The notes: a model not told the origin generated them from the sequence alone. Numbered from the stretch's first letter, positions 27,452 to 41,326 are shown. The stretch: 64,000 nucleotides of DNA from Octopus vulgaris (GCA_951406725.2 OX597823.1:27032001-27096000); one strand, 5' to 3'. Numbers and translations: made by a program.

Positions 27452-27625
27452 TCACTGAAAATGAAACATAATAGGATGATGACATATTAAGCCAATAACA
27501 AACTGTATTAGATGACTAAATAGAGTGGGCAGCAAACATATACTGTGGCCAGTAGACGAGTGATATGCCATAATTGTAATGTCAGTTTGATGAGGCTTCA
27601 CCATAGTGTTATAAAGACTCCTTAG
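27452..27625 (-). CDS. Possible terminal coding exon of an unidentified host gene (hydrophobic C-terminus)
   Basis: Acceptor-like atttttccag| then LRSLYNTMVKPHQTDITIMAYHSSTGHSICLLPTLFSHLIQFVIGLICHHPIMFHFQ*; non-repetitive context; no homology recognised. Confidence 0.25.
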   Translation of the reverse strand, partial: LRSLYNTMVKPHQTDITIMAYHSSTGHSICLLPTLFSHLIQFVIGLICHHPIMFHFQ

Positions 27626-27903
27626 CTGGAAAAATCTCCAAAACAGAATTTTATTGAAATATTTCACATTTAATCATGAAGTTAAAACCAAGTAACCAGA
27701 AATAATTATTGTAATTAAACCCTCCATTCATGCAGTGATTTCGGAGCAAACAGGTTAACAGGATTATAAATACAACGACCTCAGAATATTGATTATAAAA
27801 ATTATATTAGGAATGAAAATAATATTTATTTTAAGACATTAACACAATACATGATTTAGTTTCAGCAAACATACACGCACGCACACACGTATATATTATT
27901 ATA

Positions 27904-28120
27904 CAGTAATCCATCGAATACGGCGGGTGTTACGTTCCAAAATCCCTCGCGATTGGTGAAAATCCGCGAAGTAGAAACAGTACCGTACTGTATATTTCTT
28001 TTAGTATTTTTATAATTTATACATATTTTTTATTATAAATGCAAAACACCACCACGGAGGAATAGACATAAGCTTAAATAATAAACTGCGATAAGTGAAC
28101 CGCAATATGGCAAAGGGGAA
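27904..28120. mobile_element. Probable Tigger/pogo-like MITE remnant
   Basis: TA|cagtaatcc.tcg terminus, CpG-rich ccctcgcgattggtgaaaatccgcgaa; other end degenerate. Confidence 0.4.
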
Positions 28121-28539
28121 GCAAAAAATTGCTGCCTCGGCCAGGGTTAAGATACAGGACTCTTGACATGTTCAACAAAGCGTGACGCCTAAACCAATCA
28201 GCTCAACCAACCAATCAGCTTAAGTAATTGAGTGATACTACACACTTATTGGTCAGAATACAGTTTGCAAATCCTAGCAATCTGGAGCCTACACAGCTGT
28301 ATTTAAGGCACAGATTTAATCATTTCGTATCAGTCAAAAATTGTGAAGCATGACTGTCACCACTACTACATGAACCTGAAGATTGCAGAATTTAATGCAT
28401 GAAAGTACTAGTTCAATTAGAATGAACATTTAACATTCTAGTATTTTATTTTATTTTATTATATTATATTATCTTATATTATATCATTACAAGATTGTAA
28501 ATAAAACGTGAAAATCAGACAAGGTTGGAATTCCTTTTA

Positions 28540-28599
<60 letters not shown>

Positions 28600-28652
28600 A
28601 ATATGCATACATACAATTACGCACACATATATATGCGCATGCACATATATAT

Positions 28653-28830
28653 ATCCTTTTCTACTCCAGGCACAAGGCTCGAAATATTTTGGGAGGAGGT
28701 CATTCGTTTAGATCGATCCCCAGTACGCAGCTAGTACTTAATTTATCGACCCCGAAACGAGGCAAAGTAAACCGCGGCGGAATTTGAACTCAGAGCGTAG
28801 TGACATATGAAATACCTCTAAGCATTTCGC
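28653..28830 (-). mobile_element. SINE family A copy
   Basis: Family A motifs. Confidence 0.7.
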
Positions 28831-29317
28831 TCTATCTAGGCAGTTCTTTTGAGCAGGCTAAAACCATGTCTATTTTTTTAATGGGAAATTGATATATCGC
28901 TGTTGTATGAAATAATACGAATTTTATAGATCCGTGAAGCGAAATAATATCACCCCTCCATCAGAAGATTCTGAGTAAAAGCTGGCTAAAATCAAATGAG
29001 GTTGACGTGATTTCATCTCACAGATCTCTAAATATTCGTGTTTTACTATATACCTATTATATTATTGGCCTTTATTACATAATAAAGATGGTTACAGCAT
29101 AAATCTTTTTTACAGCTGTCAAAATAAGTCTGTTACATCAATTCATTTGCTCATTGGTATTCCATGTAAGTATATTCATTATTACTTATGTTTATCTGCC
29201 TTATATACATATATACATATATAATAGTGTGTTCCGTGAAAGAAAATTCAACAAAAAATACTCCATCTGGTGTGAGATAAATATCATTTATTTAAAGGGC
29301 ACAATACATGTATTTAA

Positions 29318-29371
29318 GTGCTACTAATAGTGTCATATGTTGAGAATTACTCAAACATAATCTTCAGGCTC
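29318..29371 (-). ncRNA. Decayed hammerhead in 3' region of Naiad remnant
   Basis: gagc CTGAAGA ttatgtt...aacatat GACA ctattag TA gcac (GAAA mutated to GACA). Confidence 0.5.
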
Positions 29372-29577
29372 AAACCACATATAAAGAACACAAAAAATCT
29401 GAATAATAGAAGAAACCCGAAAACACTGAAAAGGCAGAATATAGAAAACGCAGAAAGTAAAAAAAAAAGTAAAACGAAAAACGGAAAACGAAAACATATA
29501 AACTAAAATGTAAGAAATAATAAGTAAAAAGGTAAAAGAGTTACCCTCCTTAGATCTTAAAAGAGAAAGCTGGAAAG

Positions 29578-31087
29578 TTAGTCAGGAATAGGCGGAATTT
29601 TCCAATTCTTCAAAATATATTTATACATATGCTTGCAACCGCTGAAAATTTCTGACCTAGATCTTAGTAGAGAGTTAGAGATCTTAGATCGGAATAGGAT
29701 CTGTGCTTTTTCAGCTAAGCAAATTCTACATTTATTCAATCCATTCACATAAGGTATCGATTTCTCAATTACTTTCCATTTAATCACATGCGGTGTTTCA
29801 TTATTTTTTAAAGTCCATTCGTAGCAAGCCAATTTAGTAGCTTTACTTTTGTTCCTATGTCGGAAAAAGGCTATGTGATTGGCATAGCGATTTTTACATT
29901 CACCTTCACTTAATCAGTTGTATTATTATTTAGGGTTGCAGTAACTTCTGCCTCATATATGATAGATTTAGTCGTACATCGTTGGACATGTGGACAGGAT
30001 CCTGGGTCGCGACAGTTGCAACTGGATTTGGGCTCTCAGTATTGTGTACGTGTAATGATACTCTTCCTATTCGGGCAACAGTTATATAATAATTTCACAG
30101 AACGCCTATTAAATATTTTCTTGTACCTGTGAGTTGCTGGAAAGTTTTTGCCTATGAAAGACAGGATTTCTTTTACTTAAATTAGTTTTTATATTAAGGG
30201 AAAAGAGAGAGGCAAACCAAATAATTTTCTTTGGCCTATTCTTAGGTTTCTTATTATTATTCTGATTAATACTACAGGGATAATGTATTATTTCATCTTT
30301 TATGCCATTAGATCTATTATTAATATTTTGATTATTATTAGAGGGATTATATATTAGTTTATCTTTGAAGCCACTATTGTCTAGGGCATTGTTATTATAG
30401 GGGCAGCTTTCGCGAAGATTTCTTGAGAAGAGAGGTTAGACACTCTGTCACTAATATTAGCTAATAGATTTTAAAATATAGTAGAGTGACAAGACTTTTT
30501 ATGTAAATATGCGAGTTTCTCATTAGGCTTATGGCAAGGTTTATATGAGGAAGTGTATAGATCTAGAAAAAACATCTAGATAATCAACAATAGAGAGATT
30601 TTTAGCTACTGTAATTTTAAATCCTAAATGATTAAAGGTATAAATGAGTTGTTTTCTAAATCTATCAAGGGTGTGACTATCACACCCATGGGAAATACCC
30701 AAACAGTCGTCACAGTATAGGCCAAAGTCATGAGATGGGTGTCTATATTTCAATGTTTTTAATATAAACAAACCCACAAGATCACGGGCGTCAGCACTAT
30801 CATATGACCCCATAGATACATCAAATAATTCGTCACTATGTGATTCTTTTATCCATGCCAATCCTTCAATGAACAGTAGGGTTTTCTTCACATGCCTGAT
30901 AAAACTTAGGCCTTTAGGGGTCAATATCAACATATGATTTAGCAAATTCAATAGCTTTTTCAACCAGCAATCTAGATATAGAAGGATAAAAGTCAATGAT
31001 AAAAAAAAACTGGTTAAATTTAGCCTTATTCTTATTCTTAATATTCTTAAACCAAACTATTACAGTAAAACTGTTATTCCATTGTTG
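29578..31087 (-). pseudogene. Decayed Naiad-type Penelope-like element
   Basis: QQWNNSFTVIVWFK, IIDFYPSIS, FDVSMGSYDSADARDLVGLFIL, GLYCDDCL, CNCR, IKWKVIEKSIPYVNGLNKCRICLAEK, RSEIFSGCKH. Confidence 0.85.
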
Positions 31088-31531
31088 AAACATAACGTCA
31101 CTAACAGACACGCTCCAGCCCCTGACGTACAGGCGTACTGTCTCTTTTCTTTACTTTTACGACCGCAAGTAATAATGGTCTCTGTTCCTCGCATCTGGCT
31201 GCTCTCTTTTCATCACCCTTGTTGTGACGAATACTCTCCTCCCGTCTGCTCTGATCCTCATGTCCGTGTCTGTGTGTAAATGTCTGCGAATGTATAAATG
31301 TTTCCGCTTTCTGCACGCTGAGTTCACATTCGCAGACATATACACACAGACACGGACATGAGGATCAGAGCAGACGGGAGGAGAGTATTCGTCACAACAA
31401 GGGTGATGAAAAGAGAGCAGCCAGATGCGAGGAACAGAGACCATTATTACTTGCGGTCGTAAAAGTAAAGAAAAGAGACAGTACGCCTGTACGCCAGAGG
31501 CTGGAGCGTGTCTGTTAGTGACGTTATGTTT
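31088..31531. repeat. Near-perfect palindrome (206-bp arms, 32-nt spacer) made of LINE 3' sequence
   Basis: 31088-31293 vs 31326-31531, about 3 mismatches; minus strand from ~31640 reads SRLDGIQERAIRLI..LQPLAYRRTVS..NGLCSSHLAAL. Confidence 0.9.
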
Positions 31532-31849
31532 AATCAATCGAATTGCCCTTTCCTGAATGCCATCTAATCTGCTATGTGCACTACAGCATTGTGCAACGAA
31601 GACTGACATAATTAAGCTGCTCTGTCTTATAATTCTCACTTAAAATGATTTTATAAGGGTTTTTAAATTGGTGTGATGCTGTCAATTTTTACACATATAC
31701 ACCACAAAATCACACATGCACATATACAGAGAGGGATATTTAATCGAAAACTGTGAGTACAACAAAATATATTTTCCACCGGTGTCACGGTTTGAGACTA
31801 AATATCTTGACAATAATGTCCCTTTGAAGATCTTTCCATCGTCATATAT

Positions 31850-33090
31850 ATATATTTAAAAAACCCAGAAAGCTTACATTCTTTACCTCGCTGCCTCCCC
31901 TGCCAAAAGAACAGAGCAAGCTAATTCGCATTCTCCAAATATAAACTCCAATATAAACTGAACATTTGTACAATATAGCAGGGATTCTCTTGTAAAAATT
32001 CCTGGGCTGTATAATCGCATATATAATACATATAGAAAACACACTCATGAGGTTAATATATCCACTCCTCCTACCATGTGATCCTGGATCCCAAATCTGC
32101 TGCTACCCATCGAAATATACGGCAGCGCGCACCACCATACCCCAAGCTGTACTCGGCTAACTCCTTAAGACGGAAAAAGCGGACCAGAACATGCAACATT
32201 GCCTGGTTCCAATCCACTTTTTGTTCTTAATGTTCAGACCACAGGATCCAAGCTCTTTGCCCTATTTGAAAAACATTTCCTTGGGTTCAGTTCTCTTAGA
32301 AAAATTCTTCAACTCCCAATCGATTTAAGTTTGCTACTCTACCACAACTAATATTGCTGGTATTATCCGACGTCTGGACAAGTAGAATCTTGGGAACCAG
32401 AAATTATTTAACTTTAATCACAGTAACACAACCCGACCTAACCTCCAGCTGACTGCCCATAACCCTAGGACATCCTTAAACCTCCCTACCAATACCGACC
32501 CTCATATCACCAACTCTAATTCTATTACTCTTCTCAATACCCTTAACCAACCTCCTCCCTGCTATACCCGCCACTGAAATAAGCAATGATAGGAATTAGT
32601 CGCGAGAACTATAAGCTACATACCAAAGATCAACCAATCCTAACACCATGGCGGATTTCGAATAGGGTGCTAAGTTAACCGTAGCTAATAATAACTCCTT
32701 AAATTCCAATTTAGTACCTTCTAGAATCCTATGCAAATGTAGTCGTCCACCTCCCGTTCTTTAGAGGATAGATGCCTCACATAAAATATTGTATGTAAAT
32801 CAACAATTATGTATAAATCGGGTCAGAGTTGGTAACCACTTTCTAGCTTCAAGTCCCAAGCAAGAGCTTACAGCACTTCTTTTTCTCGGCCAATTCATAA
32901 CCTAAAACAAAACTCAATTCTATATAATTTAAAATGGCCCATAATTACCAATGCCAAACCGTACAACGGTTATAACAACAAATGCGACCTCTGCATCGTG
33001 GAAGTCCTTACTGTTATACAATCCAACTATTTCTGTTATGCAATCCAACTGTTAACACAGATTATGTAACACATTCTCAAGGGACAAATA
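31850..33090 (+). pseudogene. Heavily decayed Naiad-type element (3' half)
   Basis: KWPIITNAKPYNGYNNKCDLCIVE at ~32930-33005; CKC...RCL..NIV; WF.P.F..NVQT. Confidence 0.7.
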
Positions 33091-33528
33091 CTAGTTCCCC
33101 CCTTTATTATTCCCTAACTATTCCTCCGCCCCCATTTGCAGCTCTTCTATGTATTGATAACAGGCAACGTTTTTTTTAACTATCTTTATATCTTTAACCT
33201 CCTCTTACTGCTTCCTTTCTGCACATGAGAATACGCAGGCGTGTACATGCGCATGAACGCCAATAGGATACTACAGATACACAGAGAAAAAATGCGCGCG
33301 CGCGAATATGCGTATGTATACTTTTACTTAGAACTACTTACTATGTTCCCCTCTTCACCAGACACTTCCACACCCCCTCTTTCTTCCTCTCTTCCAAGAA
33401 ATTCTCCCTAAAAACACTACGAAATTTTTCTTTCTTCTGAAATGTTTACTTCTAAAACCTTTCTCTTTTATTTTATTTGATTCTGTTTAAAAGCATATAC
33501 ATGGGTGCGACAATATATTTATTTATCT

Positions 33529-34004
33529 AAGGCGATGAGCTGTCAGAAACATTAGTATGCCGAGCGAAATTCTTAGCCGTATTTCGTCTGTCTTTACGTT
33601 CTGAGTTCGAATTCCGTCATGGTCGACTTTACCTTCCATTCTTTCGGGGTCGATAAATTAATTACCAGTTGCATACTGGGGTCAATCTAATAGACTGACC
33701 CCCTCCCCTAAAATGTCGGGCTTTGTGCCTAGAGTAGAAAAGAATATATATATATTTATTTATTTATCGAAAGGCGGCGAACTGGCAGAATCGTTGGCAC
33801 GTCGAGCGAAATGCGTAATGGTATTTCGTCTGTTGTTACGTTCTGAGTTCAAATTCCGGCGAGGTTGACTTTGCCTTTCCTTCTTTCGGGGTCGATTAAA
33901 TAAGTAGCAGTTTTACGCACTGGGATCGATGTAATCAGCTTAATCCCTTTGTTTGTCTTTGTTTGTCCCCTCTATGTTTAGCCCCCTGTGGGCAATAAAG
34001 AAAT
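33529..34004 (+). mobile_element. Two tandem SINE family A copies
   Basis: Starts at ~33529 and ~33772. Confidence 0.8.
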
Positions 34005-34108
34005 AAATTTATTTATTTACAGTTGACATTTATATATCCACAAAGACCTTCCCTTAGTCAGTTTCAATGTAGCCAACATTCCCCCTCTTTCTCTTCTTAT
34101 TCTTATCC

Positions 34109-34260
34109 TGTGGCTGTGTGGTAAGTAGCTTGCTTACTAACTACATGGTTCCGGGTTCAGTCCCGCACTTTGGGCAAGTGACTACTACTACTATAGCCTC
34201 GGGCCAACAAAATCCTTGTGAGTGGATTTGGTAGACAGAAACTGAAAGACGCCCGTCGTA

Positions 34261-34324
<64 letters not shown>

Positions 34325-34490
34325 CGTGTGTGAGTGTATATGTTTTTGTGTCAGTTTGTCTGCATACCATCGCTTGACAACCGATGTTGGTGTGTTTACG
34401 TCTCCGATAGAATAAGTCTTGGGGTCGACTTGTTCGACTGAACGCGGTGCTCCAGCATGACCGTAGTTAAATGACTGAAACAAAAACAAA
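34109..34490 (+). mobile_element. SINE family B (tRNA-like head, internal TA/TG microsatellite)
   Basis: gtggctgtgtggtaagtagcttgc...ggttccgggttcagtccc (A/B-box-like) plus family B tail. Confidence 0.8.
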
Positions 34491-34739
34491 AATATGTTAT
34501 TCTATTTAGTTCTCTTACTCTGTGTTTCAGCACTCATTTTTGATCAAATCTCCTACGAGTTAACTTGGGATCCCTTGACGACAATGTGACCTTAATTTAA
34601 CTAAGATATATTTGTCCTGATGAGTAGGTAGTGGAGTACTCCTCGCTGAGCAAGATTTACTTCCGGGGAAATATATGAAAATATATCTAGCCTAGATTTT
34701 ATCTGCACCCTTCTCTCAATTTGGATTTTTATTCGTATA

Positions 34740-34770
<31 letters not shown>

Positions 34771-34873
34771 GTATGTATATATATATATAGAATAAATCCT
34801 AGGGTAGATTTCTTCCACTAAAGGGGCGCTCCAGCATGGCCGCAGTCAAATGATTTAAACAAGTAAAAAAGAA

Positions 34874-34962
<89 letters not shown>

Positions 34963-35006
34963 CATATATATATTAATGTTATATATATTTGTGTATATAT
35001 ATCGAC

Positions 35007-35040
<34 letters not shown>

Positions 35041-35148
35041 CCTGCTCGCTTAGCCAGCGGGGTGGCATCGTTCGAAGGCTAAAATAATGCGAACGCATTG
35101 TGACCAGCGATGTGTAACTACATCTGATGGACTGGTCGGTCACGTGAT

Positions 35149-35206
<58 letters not shown>

Positions 35207-35699
35207 GGGTTTGTATGATTGTGTATAGAGGGATATATATTATTCAAAGAAATTCCAACTCTGTTTTTTATGTTTCATTTATATTCTTTATAATATTACT
35301 GTAGAATATAGAATAGTTAGTATAAATAATATATATAGTAAAATGAAATGAAGTATTGATTGTCTTATTGAACAGATGAAATATTGACTATAAAATATTA
35401 AGGGACTAGTTTACTTTCTTGCATTAAAGCAGTCTTCAAGGACCTTGAAGCTTAAACTCTCCACAAACTTTATATTTCAAAACTTTCTGGATGCTGCTGT
35501 CTTATGTAGTTTTCCTATCTTGTCATTAAAAGCATGAAATAGGGAGTAATTAATTGTCAACAACAGAGGATGGGTGGGATTTCTTTTGGTACCTTGGCAC
35601 TTTGTCCCGTACTTGTCTCTCTCTCTATATGTTTACATATTTTTCACTCGTTGGTGATGTCCTATACTTGATGTATTATATATATGTATACTCTCTCTT

Positions 35700-36333
35700 T
35701 TACTCTTTTACTTGTTTCAGTCATTTGACTGCGGCCATGCTGGAGCACCGCCTTTAATCGAGCAAATCGACCCCGGGACTTATTCTTTGTAAGCCCAGTA
35801 CTTATTCTATCGGTCACTTTTTTGCCGAACCGCTAAGTGACGGGGACGTAAACACACCAGCATCGGTTGTCAAGCAATGCTAGGTGGACAAACACAAACA
35901 CACAAACACACACACACACATACATATATACATATATACGACAGGCTCATTTCAGTTTCCGTCTACCAAATCCACTCACAAGGCATTGGTCGGCCCGGGG
36001 CTATAGCAGAAGACACTTGCCCAAGATGCCACGCAGTGGGACTGAACCCGGAACAATGTGGTTGGTTAGCAAGCTACTTACCACACAGCCACTCCTGCGC
36101 CTATATAATTTTTTTTTACTCTTTTACTTGTTTCAGTCATGTGACTGTGGCCATGCTGGAGCAGCGCCTTTAATCGAGCAATTTGACCCCAGGACTTATT
36201 CTTTCGTAAGCCCAGTACTTAATCTATCGGTCTCTTATGCCGAACCGCTAAGTAACGGGGACATAAACACACCAGCATCGGTTGTCAAGTAATGCTAGGG
36301 GGACAAACACAGACACAAACACACACACGCATA

Positions 36334-36386
<53 letters not shown>

Positions 36387-36547
36387 CGGGCTTCTTTCAG
36401 TTTCCGTCTGCCAAATCCACTCACAAGGCTTTGGTGGGCCCGAGGCTATAGTAGTAGACACTTGGCCAAGGTGCCACGCAGTGGGACTGAACCTGGAACC
36501 ATGTGGTTGGTAAACAAGCTACTTACCACACAGCCACTCCCGCGCCT
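35700..36547 (-). mobile_element. Two tandem SINE family B copies
   Basis: 35700-36101 and 36117-36547; each ends ccacacagccactcc.gcgcc on plus strand. Confidence 0.85.
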
Positions 36548-36567
36548 ATATTATATATATAATACAT

Positions 36568-36691
<124 letters not shown>

Positions 36692-36709
36692 TTATTTTTT
36701 TATAGAAGG

Positions 36710-36760
36710 AGCTTCTACAGGACTAGAACTGTTTCATTCAAAAGAAATCATCAGGAAGCT
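36710..36760 (-). ncRNA. Canonical type I hammerhead ribozyme
   Basis: agcttc CTGATGA tttc-tttt-gaat GAAA cag-ttctagtc-ctg TA gaagct; perfect 6-bp stem I. Confidence 0.85.
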
Positions 36761-37572
36761 AGGTGACAAGAATAGTTTTTGCATTTATACACTTATGCAG
36801 GTTTAAAGGGGTTGTGGTGGGGGACTTTTTGGGGTAGGCATGGCGCAAACTATCATTCTTAGGGGAGTGGTCAAAGGAATCAGTGATAAAGTAGATAAAA
36901 GAATAAATAGAATAATAGAGTTTAGGTAAATAAGGAGACTCTCACTTATACATATATATATACACATATATATATATATACATATATACATACACATACA
37001 CACATACATCCATATACACATGTACATATGCACCCATTTACATACATCTACGTACACACCCATACCCATACTCATACATATACATACATGCACATATATA
37101 CGCATACGTACACGTACCTACAAATTCATATCTACACGCATACACATACATACATCTGCACACACACAGAAGACTAGTCCATATATATACACAAATATAT
37201 ATATACACATATATATACACATACATATATATACATACATATACATATATATATATACATATATACACATACACGCGCGCATATACCTACATATACATAC
37301 ACATATATACCTACACCAGTCATATACATACCTACATACACATACATCCATATATCTATACATATACATACACATATATATACACATGCACATACTAATA
37401 CACATACGCATATCTACGCACATACACGCACACACATCTATCTTCATATATAAAAAAGAGACCCAACAATTCCATACATATACACACATACACATACATA
37501 CACATACATATACACATATATACCCATACATATATACACACATATATACACACACACATATATACACACATG

Positions 37573-37606
<34 letters not shown>

Positions 37607-37635
37607 CACATACATATACATATATATATATATAT

Positions 37636-38461
37636 AAGACAAATATCCCTTTCAATTTAGCTAAAAGGGTATGCACCATTGTCTCGGATCCAAAAACACG
37701 AGAAATACGCCTTCAAGACCTCAAAAAAACACTATTACAACGTCAATATCCCTCCACCCTTATAGAGTATGGAATAAAACGCGCCAAAGAACTAGACAAC
37801 ACTACACTGAAAACCACCCAACCTAACACCACACACAACCTCAAAATACTTCCATACATTTCCACCCACAACCCCAAAAATATCGAAGCATACACCACAA
37901 TCATACAAAACCTCAGTCTACTGTCAACAGACCCAAAAATGAAAAACATTATAAATACACACAAAATCCTCAAATGCAAAAGGCAACACAAATTTAAAAA
38001 AACTCTTGACAAATGCCAAACTTCACACACCACATCCACCCCCAACAGTAAAAAAATGTGCACGCTCAAACTGTGGTACCTGCCCCTTTCTACTTGAAGG
38101 CTCTGAATTTACCTTCAAACAAGGTACGAAGTTTAAAATCAAGACTAACTTCTCCTGTTCCTCCGAGAACCTTATCTACGTTCTCACATGCGCTGGTTGC
38201 CAACATAATTATGTTGGACAAACGAGTCTCCCGTTACGTAAACGAGTAACGGTGCATAAAGAACAAATAAATCTCCCGGAATACCGACAAATTCCACTGA
38301 GTGACCACTTAGACTCATGTGCTAAAGACTTAAACCCCAAATTCTATATATTCCCCTTCTACCAATGTAAAGACGGCATCACCACACAGGAGAGAATTAA
38401 CAAGGAGAATCTCTTTATTGAAAAATTCCAAACACAACTTAATATGCAAACTCCTCGTTGA
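37636..38461 (+). pseudogene. 5'-truncated Neptune-like Penelope element (RT thumb + GIY-YIG)
   Basis: [56 protein letters not shown]...H; one frameshift. Confidence 0.85.
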
Positions 38462-39093
38462 TCAAACTTCCTTTCTCTACCTCACTCTTCAGGGATGGAC
38501 TAACACAAATATATAAAGATACCATGCATTCATCACTTCAAGCTAAAACTTATATTCTTTAAATATCATTTTTACTATTGTTGTTATTACTATCATTTTT
38601 ATTATAAATGATATGACAATTTGAAATGCAATTGTCTATGCAGATTTATATTATTAGAAAATAATATAAATAAAGTGTTAAAATCTGAAAGTTAAGTTAA
38701 CAAGCAATTATATAAAAAAGATAATGCAAATGAAGCTAAAATGATAGTTTTATAATTTGGGTTTTATTGAAGAACTCAAAAGAGTTGTCTCCCCTTACTC
38801 ACAACACAGGAACTGAAGAACCAGGACCACAATTACTACTACTTCCTGTCCTGCAAACATGCTGAATTTAACAACACAACACAACACATGCTCTTAATCC
38901 CTTTGGATCTTAACACCTCAAGGTAATTTTTTCGTAAACAACCATAAAACTCAAGATACACAACGAACTCACAATGTATCGGAGAACTTATTTTTTAATT
39001 TTTGTACATTTTTATCATTATTCTTTTACAAAAAACAATGCAATCTTCTTTTTTTCCCCTTTCTAATTTTTAAAAAAACTTTTTAAAACATAA

Positions 39094-39135
39094 ATATTCT
39101 TGACAAGTCATACAATGACGAAAACCGGTTCAATA
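39094..39135 (+). ncRNA. Variant hammerhead (UUGACAA core) in Neptune-like 3' region
   Basis: tattc TTGACAA gtca-tacaa-tgac GAAA accggt TC aata. Confidence 0.55.
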
Positions 39136-39226
39136 AATATATATTTATATATTTTATCAATTTCTCATTTTATTAAAATTTTCTTTCATTTGAGCATTCT
39201 ACATTTTTTAAAAAAAATTTTTCCTT

Positions 39227-39273
<47 letters not shown>

Positions 39274-39294
39274 CATATACATATATATATATAC

Positions 39295-40184
39295 AGACCC
39301 AAAACAATACCTACTTTTTGATTCATGCCACCCAAGACACACTAAAGCAAACATCCCTTTCAACCTTGCAAGAAGGATATGCACAATAGTGTCAGAACAA
39401 AATACCAGGAACTTTAGACTACAAAAACACCCTAATTGACAGACACTACCCAGCTCAACTCATAGAGGATGGGATCAGACGTGCAACAGAAATCGACATA
39501 GAAACTTTGAGAAAAGTTCAACACAACAACACACCTTCCCCGAAAATACTGCCTTACATATCCACATACAACCCCAGAAACAAAGAAGCCTTCACCATCA
39601 TCACCCAGAATTTACCAATACTTCATAAGGACCCCAAATTAAAGGAAATTCTAAACATACATAAAATCATTAAAAGCTACAAACAACCTAAATCACTTAA
39701 AAAGATTCTCACAAAGGCAAAATTGCTTTCTGAAATTACGGATGCAAAAGTAAAAAAATGTGGTAGACCAAACTGTGCAACATGCCCAAACCTTCTAGAA
39801 GGATCAGAATTCCTCTTCAAAGAGGGACAAAAATTCAAGATCAAATCTAATTTTACTTTTGCCTCTGAAAACATAATTTGTGTCATAAGATGCTCTGGCT
39901 GCCACCAAAACTACGTGGGGTCCACGGGACTATCACTCAGACGTAGATGCACACTGCATCGATAACAGATTGCATTCCCAGAATACAGAATGATACCCTT
40001 TAGTGAGCATATTGAGAAATGCGCAAAGCAACTACTACCACAATTTTTAATCTTTCCATTTTACCAATGTGCTATTGGAACACCAACACAAATTAAACTA
40101 AACAAGGAAACATTCTTCATTGAAAAGTATAAGCCCAAACTTAACCACTCTAACATTCTTATACAGAGAAACTCACTCCATTAA
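39295..40184 (+). pseudogene. Second Neptune-like Penelope fragment
   Basis: NIPFNLARRICTIVS, KCGRPNCATC, ENIICVIRCSGCHQNYVGST. Confidence 0.85.
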
Positions 40185-41221
40185 AAAAAGGCAAGAAATA
40201 TAAAGCGATTATCTCCCTTACACCGGAAGAAATCACTTATTACCTCCCCTTACCTGGAACTCCTCTTTACACTTCTTAACGAAATCATAACAATGTTTTG
40301 AGAAATTTGAAAAGTTAAACACGAAACCGGTCTTTCTTCAAAAACTATGTCACTGTATGAAAAAAATTAATAACATTCTTCTGACATGACTCAAATATAT
40401 ATTTTTTAACCTTTGAAAACAAGCCTTCTGTAGTTTTTTTTTCACTTTTTACTATTTTATATATATATATATATATGAATATATTTATACTTATATATAC
40501 CCAAGCACGTATTAAGATTTATCATGTATATATTTGTAAGTGTAAGAATATGTATGTGCCTGATTGTGGGTGTAGGCATTGTTATCTGAAATAGAGCGCA
40601 TACATTTCATAATGAAATTATTTGATTATAACTCCCGAAGTGGTTGTCATAAGGAAAACAATTTACATTGAAAAAAATACAATATTCTATATTGTAAAAA
40701 AGAATATGTTTTGAATAACTAGAAACTTCGGTAAATATCAAACAGCTACTTATTTTGGTCGCAATATTTATTTCTATAGAGAATTTATTTTATCTCCTCA
40801 GAGACTCCAGATTTCTAAATACTGCAAAGAAACCTTTTTCTATGTTGCATTATTAGTTCGTTTATTAAATATTTCCCTCTGATAGAAATACTGGGTATGT
40901 CAAATGCTCTCAGACAGTGGTTTACGGTTTCTGCTTTCATGCATTAACATATTTTTCTAAAATTATGAGGTTATAATACTGATATATATTCATAACAAAT
41001 TTTGGAAATATATCATTATTATTGTTATTACTATTACTAGTTTTATTACTGTTCTTGCTATTGTTATAATCATCATCACCAGTCACCATAATTTATATAT
41101 GTATGTATGTATGTATGTTTGTATGTATATATATGTATGTGTGTTCGTGTATGTGTGTCTATGTATGTCTATATATATGTCTATCTATGTATCTCTCGCT
41201 CTTTCTCTATCTTTCTCTCTG

Positions 41222-41252
<31 letters not shown>

Positions 41253-41326
41253 GGCTATGTATGTATGAATATATAAATATATGTTTGCATGTATTTAGCT
41301 ATCTATCTGTACACACACACACAGAG

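Noticed and set aside
34109-34170. tRNA gene
   Set aside because: A/B-box-like head belongs to a multi-copy SINE; no cloverleaf
34615-34695. CTGATGA...GAAA downstream of decayed Naiad
   Set aside because: Could not assign convincing stems I and III; at best a relic
35141-35156. Tandem E-box palindrome cacgtgatcacgtg
   Set aside because: Lies in a short repeat-like insert between (TA)n tracts; no evidence of a regulatory role
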